Below, in pieces: positions 26,940-38,253 of a DNA stretch of 64,000 nucleotides. This stretch comes from Ruditapes philippinarum (lineage: Eukaryota), in assembly GCF_026571515.1 (NCBI RefSeq), contig NW_026866443.1, positions 1 through 64,000 on the forward strand. The letters run 5' to 3'. The stretch's first letter is position 1. The number at the start of each line of letters is the position of its first letter. Both the position numbers and the translations under genes were made by a program. Under the pieces are notes generated by a model. The model worked only from the letters and a program-made list of their open reading frames with translations, made no database searches and was not told the origin of the DNA.

Positions 26940-27831
26940 ATGGGCTGCAAACTTGTATGTGTGATTCTAGGAATATGCTTCATGGCAACTGTCTTCGAGT
27001 TGGAAGCGGGTGAGTTGTTTATTTGGTATTTATTTTAATACAATCATGTTTAAATCACAACAATTTTCAATAATAATGTCATTTATTGATTGATTTAATG
27101 TTTCATTAAACGATTTGAAGATGCTTGAGAATTAAAGTTTTATTTCGTTTGACAATTCAAATGTTAATCCGAGGGAATGTATTCTGGCAAGTCATATTCT
27201 TATTTGAACAAAAACAAAACATTTAAAACTCGTCCTGGTTTATATGCCAGCAACTGAAAACATTTGCACTTTTGCTTTATATTGAGTAAAAATGGAACTC
27301 TTTAGTTTATAAATAAAATTATCAAGAGTGATAAAATTTGATTGTATTAACTGTATTGGGGGTGTCGAAATAAAGATTTTATTCGGCTTTGAAGTCGGAT
27401 TAATTATCTATACTATTTTTGTAACTTATTCTTTTAACTGTTTGATCAAGCCGTTGTGTATTTGGATATTCAACATCTTTGTAGAATAGTTAAAATGTGA
27501 ATTTGCAAACTTTTAAGACTGTACACTAACGCTTTGTAGTTTATAACTCTGTCTTCTCTTAACATGAGTTTCTCTGGAGATAAATGTTAATCATTCCGTT
27601 ATAAAGGTATCATTTAATTAACATATCTCTCTTGCACTCAAATATTAAGAACATTGCTGAAAATTCACTCTGAATATTTTTTTATTCTAAGCTTCCATAG
27701 AAGAAGCCAAGCCCAAAGAACCTGCCCCAGAGGAACTTGCTCCTGCTATTTCTCCTGCTATTGCTCCTGCTCCAGCACATGCTCCCAGGATATCTCAAAA
27801 AGAGGAGGAACATGAACGACAGAGAATATAA
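26940..27831 (+). CDS. Small secreted peptide precursor, copy 3 (~69 aa; coding exons 26940-27009 and 27692-27831; non-coding exon from 28151)
   Basis: Exon 1 reads MGCKLVCVILGICFMATVFELEA+G|GTGAGT. Exon 2 reads ASIEEAKPKEPAPEELAPAISPAIAPAPAHAPRISQKEEEHERQRI* (alternative in-frame acceptor at 27700). Donor at 27836, acceptor at 28150, AATAAA at 28239. Confidence 0.8.
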
Positions 27832-29597
27832 CAAAGTAATCATTTGTCATATGCTTTTATTAGAAACATTTTTCATTCTGTTTATCATTTACCGTTTATT
27901 ATATTCTCAAATAGTAGATAATGTCTAAAGGTGTTCGCCCGTTAAGGAAAATGGTTCTTATTGACATAATTATGTAAACTGTTCTGTTTCGTTTCAAAAG
28001 TAAAAGTTGATTCAGTTTTTTTATAACTTATACACTACAGTAATGTTCTTTTAGATCCAATGGCGTTGATTTATGTCTAATCTCAGTATTTTCAGGTGTA
28101 ATTTTATAGTTTCATTTCAGAAATAACTTTTGATTCTTTTGCTGTTTCAGACAGACGAAGTGCATGAAAAAAATGGAAGGCGTATTGCAAATGAGAAATG
28201 GACAATAGCTTTGCTTGAGAAATTTTATACTAAGTTAAAATAAACAATTATATGAGCAAATATTATGTCTTATTCATATTTGATTTAAAACACATGTTTC
28301 TTATGAATACAGTAGAATCCCTTTTTAAGACCATCCCGTTATGAAGACCATATTTAAAGAACGGACTATTTTGATCTTTATTTAAATGGTCACATGATCA
28401 AGAATCAAGACTACCCCGCTATGAAGACCATATTTAAAGAACGGACTACCTCGATCTTTATTTCAATGGTCACATGATGAAGAATTAAGACTACTACGCT
28501 TATCTACTACCAAGACCGCCAGTGTCCCAGTTCTTTCAATATTTTCAAATTTGAGCAAACTACAAATGTTTCTGAACATTTCAATACTCAAGGACATACT
28601 ATCCAGAATTTCTCTTTTATGTCTCTTGATAAAGTAAGACATCCTTGGAAAAGTCAAAAGGCAACGGGCACACAGTAGACCGAAATCGAAACTGGGGTCA
28701 AAACAAATGGATATAGATGCGTTGAAATGAAGAACAGAAGCATATCTTTATATGTCGTAAAAGCAGACTAAAGAAAAGAGATAAAACTGTATCGGTTATA
28801 TGATAGTATAATTATATCTCTAAGCTCCCTGTAAATTTCAATAAAATTCAAAGATAAAGCAGTCATATGAATCTGCTCGAGTGTCAAAATAAACAAACCA
28901 ATATGAGAAAGTCATGAATGATAATTGAAATATGATGTTTAAATGAAAAAGTTCAGTTGTCATCATTATTTCGCATTTTTGGTCCTTTATGATTCACTTC
29001 ACAATCTTTGTATGTAGATGCATTTTAGCCAACAAAAGATAGGTCCGACTTATAGAATTTTTGCCTCCCTTTCCAAATATGGCAGCCATTTTCTCGAATT
29101 TTTACAATTTTTACCTCGCTTGTCAAAAGTGATAGCCATTTTGGGGGTCAATATTCTGTATAATATATTTGACAAACTATTGAAAAAATGAACAGCTGTC
29201 AAATTATTTTGTACTATGCAGCAAAATATAAGTATAGCATCAATTTGTAAAAGATGTTTAGTAGTTGTCATGAAGATGATAGAATTATGAGAGTTTAATA
29301 TCTTAAGCACATGCTATAATGGAAATTATCCCAAAAATGGAGGCCAGGGGAGGTCATAATAGCTATGTTTGAAGCATCTATAAACCATTTTGGTAATTAT
29401 CCAACATCTAACCTGATGTATTTATATCTGTATCTTATGATGTCCCGTTGATGAAGAGTTCAAGATGTTACCTAAATCTGCGTTTAAGCAACATGTAACT
29501 GGTGAAGCTGTTGTAATGAAATCAAACTTGTGCGTGAAGCATTGATCATGTTACCATGACAATGAGCGTTTTGAAAATATTACTGTTACCAGCTCTT

Positions 29598-30090
29598 TGT
29601 CCCCTATCGGTTTAACCGGAGGGGACTTAAGGTTTACCCTCTGTAGTATGTTTGTTCCAAAAAGCTTGATCCCATGATTATGCAAAAAGTGCTGAACATA
29701 TTTTTATGAAACATGCGATATGGGTAGACGGCAATCTAGAGATTATGCACGTCTGTTTTTGTTTTCTTCCTAGTTTGAAACATTTGATTGTTATGAAAAC
29801 AAATAGACTTACAATATGGTAATTATAATACAAAAACTGGATCCCGTTATAACGCACAAAGTACTAAAAATATTTTTATGAAACTTAAAACATGAGAGAT
29901 GGCAGTCTGTAGATTATACAGATTATTTTCTTTGTTCCTATGTTGAAAAGCTTGGCTTGCTATGGCAACATGTAGACTTAAAGTATGGCAAATATAATAA
30001 CAAAATTTGTGATACCACAAAAGGTACTGACAATTTTTTATGAAACTTGAAATATTGATAGATGACAGTATGTAGATTATGCACACCATT
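29598..30090 (-). mobile_element. Degenerate HINE/Helentron-associated element remnant
   Basis: GTCCCCT..CGGTT..ACCGGAGGGGAC hairpin followed by three degenerate ~165-bp units (ATTTTTATGAAAC..GCA.TCT..AGATTAT). Confidence 0.5.
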
Positions 30091-33000
30091 TCAATTTGTA
30101 TTGAAGAGGTGTTTGAAAAATCTTGGTGTCTTATAAAGATTAATTTATTAGATATGCAGTAAATCAACAGTAATAACACAATGAATTTTGTATAGTGTGC
30201 TGACGGAAACAAAGTCTTACCATTCACGTAAAAAGGGGTCCCCTAGGGTGTAAAATCATCTTAATCAAAGAGTGTCAGTGTGTTAAAAAGCTGAATCTAT
30301 CATACTAAGATATACATTGGTTCAGGTTATTTACCTAGTATATGTGTGATTATATATATAAGTAACTAAAATAATTATCTTTGGTACAGCATACAAATGG
30401 AAGACTTCATTCTTGAATGTTAACGTTCATGAGTTCTCCGACTTTTTTCCCGCACTGAGAGCACATATATTTCTCATTGATCTCAGCCATTCTAAAAAAG
30501 AATAAAACACATTTACTGTAAAAGATATGAAGACAAGGTTCAAGGAGGCATGGACAGTAGCTTGTATCTTCCAGTACCGTTCATGAACAGGCTTAGTCAA
30601 ACCGAGCCTGCAACATTTTCAAATTTGGCGTTCATTCAGGATTCTGTTTTTATCTCTATTTTGAAGTTCACTAGTGGTATTGCTTAATAAAACTAAAAGA
30701 GTTTTCACGATCATTACTTTGAAAGAGCAAATAAATTTCTATACATACACCAATTTTACGATTTTCAAAATAACTTATAGCGCAGCGAGTGAAAATCATT
30801 TTTGCATGCTTTATTGAATATATCTTGTATAGCAAATAAAAATGTTTTTCATGGTTAACATGATTATAAAAAGAGAACAGGAAGCATGTTGCTTGGCATT
30901 TTCAAAAACAATTTTTAAAAAGCTTTGAATTGTAGTCCGAATTTTTCGACTTGCTACTGGTGCCACAATTGACACATGGAGTAAACAGTAAGGTGTACGC
31001 CAAAAATGATAACAATATGAAATATGTAAGAAGGATTTTGTCTTCAGTACTCCCAGTTGATGCAAATCTGACTTTTTAAGCATGTCTGAGCTAAAGCATG
31101 AACTAAAGCATGAAAACAAAGTAGCAGAAAACTAACGTTAGCTCTTACATAGACTATTTCCAAGGTTTAACAAAGTGTTTGATAAACTGGTACATATTCT
31201 ATAGGAGATCCACCATTCTTTGAAAAATTATATTTTCTCCCGTAGACAGGCGCACATCCCAAAGATATTGATGCAGAAATAAAGTACTTAGGCTATCTAT
31301 TTTTCGAAGCGAGCATTTATTGTCTTGGCAATGATGTCGAAAATAGCGTCACGGTCACATGGTATTGCTTCACTGAATATCAAGCAGCTTTGTACATAAT
31401 TCAGTGCCTTGAACCTATATAGTTATAGTGATATGGTTACTTATAGCCCATGTTATCAACTTATCTCTTTACATTTTATGACCTCCCCTATCAATAGCTA
31501 TGTAATTTAATAAACATTTTAGCTTACTAAGAAATACTTTAGTAACTATTAAGTCACTTTACATCTGTTTGCAAATACAAAACGTTTGATATTGACAAAG
31601 TCGTATTTAAGATATTACGTGCTTGTTGGACCACTTGTTGGAGACAAAAAAGAAACAGAAGTTGTATATGAAGGCCGCGATATTGTGACAGTTTTTTCTA
31701 AGTGAAATAAGGTGAACATTAAACATCAGTATCTATCTGCATGTTCATATATTGATCTCAAACACATATTTGATCTAGATGTTAGGACAAGTATATCATA
31801 CACATACATTTCTCTTTAACCATTTTAATCTATTATTTACTTTTGGTATCTAGTCTAGAAAAAATAATTTGGTACACACTTATCATCTCTGGACACTTTG
31901 TCAACGTCTATATATTTTGTCATTATGTTGTAGAAATAATAATAAAATACATGTAATTTAATCATCTTAAATGAAGCCACTATGAACTTCATCTATTAGC
32001 AAGTTCGAGAAGGTAAATATTGACAAGGCTGTTTGTACTTTTATTTATTCTAAATAGGATACAAAGACAACTAGAAGGACACTATCACGCAACAGAAGTT
32101 GTTTACGAGATATGCCAATATGCTGACAGATTTCATCTTTTTTTAGGATGTAAAGCTATAACAACTTTAAAACATCTAGTCAAATTTAGTCCATCATAAA
32201 TAACTGTGGTCAGATAATTTTGTTATGGTACGGTCATACTTGTCAGCTGCGATGGTGAAAATCGAAATAACGAAACCTCGATGGTAAAAGGTCGAAGGTA
32301 CTGAGGTGAAAACAAAAAAAAAATTATTTTTTTATCATCGTGGTTTCGTTATTCCGTACTTTTGACTTTTCATCATCCTACCTCCGACTTTTCACCATCG
32401 AGGTTTTATTGTTTCGACTTTCCACCATCGTGTTCTCGTTGTTTAGAGTTATGCGTGTCATGACGCTCTAACGGGACACCGTTATAACGCAACAGAAGTT
32501 GTTTATGAAACTTCTCAATATAGTGACAGATTTAAAGGTAAAATAATATTACATTATCAGTGCATGTTATAATATCGACCTCTTATTAAATGTTAAACTG
32601 GATGCATAAAACGTTTTATTACATAATAACATAAATTAGTTATAACTACTTTTTCATCTTATTATCAATATTTATCCATATTCAACCACTTAAAACTTAA
32701 TCTACACCAAGTTACTTTGGTAAACTTAACATGTACATGTATATCTATATCTATTCAAGCAAGTCTAAGAAGTTCAATAATTATATTGATCTATCCCAAA
32801 TATTGGACGCAGAAAACATGATTTACTCGTTAAGGCAACTTAAGTTGTTTACGAGCTTCATGCTGTCTGTTTGCAAAACAAAATATGTTGTTTATATTTT
32901 GCACATGTTAACACATCGAACAAAAGGTATAACTATAACTTGCATGCTTCAGGATGAGTATCGTCTATATGTTATGTAATATGATGTATATCAAAGAATG

Positions 33001-33218
33001 TTTAAAAACTGAGTTGAGGATAAAGATATTAATTATAAATGCAACGAAAGCATAACCTAATGTTACAGTTCTTGTGTGTTATCAATTTATTTATGAAAGC
33101 CACTTTTTAGGATAACTTTGACCAGAATATATTTTCAGCAGTAGTTGAACAATTTATATACCTCAAGCGATCTTTCACTTGCTAGCAATGCTAAGTGAAA
33201 CAAGCACAACACCTAACT

Positions 33219-34195
33219 CACGGTGCATATCCATATCGGTACCCTCTTTGCGAAATCTGCTGAAACGGTACCCTCTTTGCACATGCACAGGCCACTCTCT
33301 GCTAAAAACAAACAAGCGATGGAATACAATACAGTAAAATTTCAATATAATAAGGAAAGAAGGTATGACACGTGGAAAAGATGTATACCACGGAACACTA
33401 GAATGTATTATCTATGTGCTGATTTGTCATGTTCCCGTTTTTCATGTACTACAAATTCACAATAAGCTACAAAAAATGTCTTGCTTCGGGCTACCTCTCT
33501 TCATTTGAATTTTTATATCACAGGTACCCTCTCATTTTTTACACATTGGTACCCTCAAGGCACGGCATATGCTTTTATTTGCGTTAATCGTTAGGTATGT
33601 AATATTTCTTTATTTATGTAAATATTACATACTTAACGATTAACGCAAATAAAAGCCGATGTCGAGCATTGAGTATACCTACTCGTATTTGTTTAAAAAT
33701 GAGAGGGTACTTGTGATATAAAAATTCAAATGAAGAGTGGTAGCCCGTGCCGCTGCAAAACTGAAAGTAGGGTGTTTTTATGAATTTTACCATTATTTTT
33801 GACAATGTACTGCCATTTGTCCGAAGATGATATGTAAATGAACATACTAAATATGTATGATTCATATATAATCAAGTCACAGGTTCATTTCAGCCCGAAA
33901 AGTATGTCGAGGTGATGGGCGAGGTAACACATGTTGATTTTTGGTAGCTTATTGTGAAGTTGCAGTACATGAAAAACGGGCACATGACAAATCAGCACAT
34001 AGATAAAACATTCTAGTGTTCCGTGGTATACATCTTTTCCACGTGTCATACCTCCTTTCCTTATTACAATGAATTTTTACTGGCTTATTATCCATCGCTG
34101 GTTTGTTTTGAGCAGAGAATGACCTGTGCATGTACAAAGAGGGTACCGTTTCAGCACATTTCGCAAAGAGGGTACCGATATGGATATGCACCGTG
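33219..34195. mobile_element. 977-bp fold-back element with CACGGTG termini and 5-bp TSD TAACT (Transib-like MITE)
   Basis: ~250-bp TIRs plus an inner inverted pair (~33487-33607 / ~33620-33747). TSD at 33214-33218 and 34196-34200; empty paralogous site at ~18515-18532. Confidence 0.88.
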
Positions 34196-35093
34196 TAACT
34201 CATTACAGAAAATTAATATTTGAAAGTCTATTAGGAAATATCATGAAGATAACTAAAAGCATCTGATTCTAGAATGCTCTGTGATAATGTCTTCTAACCT
34301 GTCACTGCGTAAGTTAAATAGCTGACTTATATTTCTTTATAATTTCCAATGACCGTCATTTTTTTAACTAACTTAAATATCAGAAAAAAAACTTAAATTG
34401 AGAATTCATTGGTAAAAGGTACGTTCAGAGTTGACTGATGACCTTTCGCTTACTACTAGGCTGGTATACCTGTCCAACTGACAGTTCAATTTATTTGCTT
34501 ATAGGGACAATAAGTTATTGTCTAAATTAATGATTTTCTTTGGCATTCTTTAAGTTGTTATCTATACTTCTTATATTAGAGTGAGGTCATGTTAGACACG
34601 TCAAAGTGACAGTTGTCAATAGAGCATGTATGACTTACATACTAGTCACTACCTTTGTACATGTTTATTAAAATTTCATAAGTTTACGAGAATTTTCGAT
34701 ATGTTGCTGGTTTCCTATGTTCACAAACATAAAACACAAGAAGCTGAGATACTTGGTGTCTAGTGTAGAAGCAAATTGTTTACAAAGGCTATTCGAAGGT
34801 ATTTTGTAACAAGACCGAACAGACCACAGTCCATACAAGACAGTTGCAGACAAAATAAAAATTAAATTACTGTTACGTTTTTTATCATAACACGTACGTG
34901 ATTGATGAATCACTTGTTATAATATTTCTGTGTTACTTTACTAAAGCATTAAGTGTATACGTCAGTGAGACACTGTGACAGTATCTATACTTATATCATG
35001 TAATTTCATTTTCAATGGTAATAAAAGTTTACCTGTACTATGTCTTTTTTCGTTTTGATGTTAGCTTAAAATACATTATATGTTACCATATTA

Positions 35094-35307
35094 CAGCTTT
35101 ACTGGTGGAGGAAGACCTCAGATGCCCTTCCGTGCATTATTTCAGGCACGAACGGGCACCTGAGTAGAGCCACCGCCGTTCCGTAAGCTATCTGGATAGC
35201 TTCCTCACATGAAAGAATCCAAAGTCCCTGTCGGGATTCAAACCCAAAGCGGTGAGGGGCAAGTGGTTTGAAGTCAACGACCTTAACCACTCTGCCGCGG
35301 ACGCCCC
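35094..35307 (-). mobile_element. tRNA-derived SINE, 3'-truncated
   Basis: Minus strand reads GGGGCGTCCGCGGCAGAGTGGTTAAGG (A box)...GGGTTTGAATCCC (B box), then a body shared with 7150-7230. Confidence 0.88.
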
Positions 35308-37061
35308 TGTCTATGTCATTACACTTATCTCGACATTATTATTTGTCAATTAAATGACGACTACAAGTTTCCATTTTTTTTACCTATTATCCTTAAAAAA
35401 GGCATATAAATAACGTATATAAATAAATTCTTCCTATATTTTATTTTGGTTTTAAGTATTCTTCCTCATTAAAAGTTCAATTTGCCTCAGAAATCCATAT
35501 TTTTTAATACTTTATAAATGTGAAACATGTGTTTAATAATTTTTATATTTAGAGCATGCAAGATATTAACAAATAACGAACGTAGCGCATAATGTGTAGA
35601 AATATGTCATGAAGGTATCAAAATGTAAAAAAGTAGTATTTTGATTTTAATATGAAATACTCATTTGCTATAAGTTTACTAAATGTAAACACAGCAAAAG
35701 ATAGCTAAGCTACGTGGAAAATGAGTATTTTGTAAGAAAAAAGGTTTTTGAGAAATAAAACTGATAGCATTTTTGTGACATAATGGTCCTTTAACGTGTG
35801 TTGTTAACAAAAAAAAAAATGTTACTCATTTTTCATTATACATGTCATTGTGAATTTTACTGCAAGTTAAAGTGAAGTCATGTCAGTCATGCAAAGGTGC
35901 CATATTTCAGTAAAACATGCATACAATGTGGCTTGCAAAATATCATGTGTACTCAAGTGACATAAGTTGTTTACGAGGCTTTTCTATATGTTGCTGATTT
36001 CCTAGAAATAACAAAAATGAAAATCGAACAAATGTTTATGAACACATAATAATTACATAAAACAAATATCCTTACCTGCGCGCTTATGAGTGAATTGATT
36101 TTAAAATAGTTTATTAACAGCAAAATTAGTATATTCTAAGATCATGATACAGATTTGCATATAGGTACTTAAACATAAACAGATATATTTGTAATTTAAT
36201 TTAAGTCCATACACGTGCAAAAATATCGTCGTAGTTATACTAAAGTTTGCAAAAGCTTTGATAAAATTTGATCATCTATGTGAGACTATATACATATGAA
36301 TGTATAAGAAAAAACAAAAAGTATCTTTAAAAAAGAATCATAATAATTATGATGTTGAGTCTAGTATTGCATTTAATGTTTAAATTTTGAAATTATAAAA
36401 TCATATGCAGATGTTGGCAAATACAAAGAATTTTTATAGAAAAGAAGTTTTAAGTCTGAAATAAATCCTTTAAATGTAAAGAAGAAGTAAATAAGAACTA
36501 CAAACAAAACAATTTCTTTCGTACTCAATTTTTTCGTCTCAGATCATTTTTACCGTCATGTATTTCTTTTTTTCTACTATCGTGAATGTCATTTTAGCTC
36601 AAAGAAAAACATTTAAGGTATTGAAGTTTGTTCCAATAGAATTTTAGATTAAAAGTTTATAAATAAAAACGTTTTGTTAGTACGAAATACCGGATTAACA
36701 GATTTGCAACACCTTTGGAAATAAGTGAAATAGACCTAAAATCCGAAAAAAGAACCGAAAGAGAGGCTTCTTATCTTAAACAAACCATTCAATCTTTAGC
36801 GGTTAAATAAATACTTCATAAATATGTAAATTCATTAAAATTATAAACATTGTATATTACTGATAATACCAGATAAGTTCGTTTTCTTATGTGTGTTTCG
36901 CTATTTTCATGCGCATGAGTAAACGGGAAAGTGGTCGAAGTTGAAAGCGGTGATTGTTACTAATGTTTGACAATTTGACAAAATCAATATCTCAATAGTT
37001 AAAACAGCGTAAAATAATTTGCATGATGGATGGCATTAAGAATTTATAATAATTTAAAGCA

Positions 37062-38219
37062 ATGACATTACTGTTTGGATTAACACTTATATTAGTCTGT
37101 CTTCATATTGCCTATATTATTAGAGCAACTCTTCATGATTCATTTGCATCTTCTTGCAGTGATATTAACCGTGCCTTTGATATATCGATAGCTACCTCAA
37201 GTAACGATTTATACTATCTGTGTTACCATCAACGCGTTATAATGCTGTCTGGTGATGTCGAATCTAACCCAGGGCCTATAAATGATATGTCGCCATCACA
37301 TTGTGGCCCTCCACATCCTGGTTTTTTCCATAGTCCTGGGCATTTTGCTAACCAAGATACGCAGTATATTGTGCATTCCATGGCAGAATACAATAATCAA
37401 ATGTTTGATGCCATTTCCCAAGTTAAACATGAAGTTAGTGCTGTTAGGTCAGACATGAAAAGTATGAGACATGAGCTTCGTGAAATTAGTACGAAGGTGG
37501 CGTCTATTGAAACTAAACAACATTCCTTAGACAATAATATACAAGAGTTAAATTGCAACTTTGAGAATCTTGACGCCAGACAGGAGAACATGCGCGATGA
37601 ACTTGAAGGAATGGCCATTCATTTGGATCGAAATAGTACTGATGTATGCTCTTTGGATAAGCGTATTTATATGTTAGAATTAAATACGGAAAATGTTCAA
37701 AACAACTTAAGAGTATTTGGTTTACCTGATAATGAAGAGGAACTTCCGGATAGTACGAAAAGCAAGTACGTGAGTGAAATACATAGTATTGTGTTCCCTG
37801 GCGAGGAGTTTAATGATAATAGTATACAGGATATTAGACGGATTGGTAAATTTGATGCAAGGAAACCTCGAATGGTGATCATAAAATTTAGTTGTAATCA
37901 AATAAAGAGTAAAATTTTCTCTTGTAGAAGTGAACTGAGAAAAAAAGGTATTAGGGTATCTAGTGATTTAACGCGTTACCAAAGGCAACAACTCAAACAG
38001 TTAAGTGATAAAGGCATTGTTGGCTATTTTAAGAATGGCATTCTGTATCAGCGGGAAATGAATCCTTCAAGTTCATCACGCAAATACGCAATAGGACGGC
38101 GACAAGGCAATCGACCTATGGAGGGCGTACACACGTCAATTGGGGATGCATCTTCCGTTGACAATGGACCTTCTGGCGAGAATGTTGGCTTTCCAATAAA
38201 CACTAGCCAGGTACACTAG
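37062..38219 (+). CDS. LINE ORF1p: hydrophobic leader, 2A-like motif, coiled coil, L1-type RRM/CTD-like region
   Basis: 385-aa ORF with MLSGDVESNPGP, a heptad-rich segment, and NNLRVFGLPD..EE, RRIGK...PR.VIIKF and GIRVSSDLT motifs typical of L1-like ORF1. Confidence 0.88.
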   Translation: MTLLFGLTLILVCLHIAYIIRATLHDSFASSCSDINRAFDISIATSSNDLYYLCYHQRVIMLSGDVESNPGPINDMSPSHCGPPHPGFFHSPGHFANQDTQYIVHSMAEYNNQMFDAISQVKHEVSAVRSDMKSMRHELREISTKVASIETKQHSLDNNIQELNCNFENLDARQENMRDELEGMAIHLDRNSTDVCSLDKRIYMLELNTENVQNNLRVFGLPDNEEELPDSTKSKYVSEIHSIVFPGEEFNDNSIQDIRRIGKFDARKPRMVIIKFSCNQIKSKIFSCRSELRKKGIRVSSDLTRYQRQQLKQLSDKGIVGYFKNGILYQREMNPSSSSRKYAIGRRQGNRPMEGVHTSIGDASSVDNGPSGENVGFPINTSQVH

Positions 38220-38253
38220 GGATCCGGTCAAGGCCCTAAAATACTGTGACATT

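Larger units (their letters stand above)
2621..32537 (+). repeat. Dispersed 42-nt CAACAG|...AAG|GTAAAA module (micro-exon-like); full-length copies at 2621-2662, 3367-3408, 10866-10907, 17800-17841, 25251-25292, 32496-32537
   Basis: Read directly from the sequence; degenerate copies at 10421, 16967, 17400, 31659, 32096. The repeat is certain; exon status is a hypothesis. Confidence 0.75.
690..34740 (+). repeat. Mosaic tandem segmental duplication containing the peptide genes
   Basis: Recurring colinear blocks: 15720-18770 ~ 30378-34440; 4090-4930 ~ 18390-19430; 19410-22800 ~ 25786-28400; 10190-10650 ~ 31435-31890; 10600-11170 ~ 24970-25525; 7300-7980 ~ 23260-23770; 8600-9190 ~ 24110-24700. 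Confidence 0.9.

Noticed and set aside
27737-27928. ORF-track MLLLFLLLLLLL signal-like ORF, plus 5432-5656 and 21968-22204
   Set aside because: These are alternative-frame or antisense shadows of the real peptide exons.
33223-34203. Two similar ~80-aa ORFs on opposite strands
   Set aside because: Mirror products of the MITE's long TIRs; no recognisable domain.
35225-35307. tRNA gene on the minus strand
   Set aside because: The tRNA-like head runs into a body repeated at 7150 and lacks a clean acceptor stem; it is a SINE.
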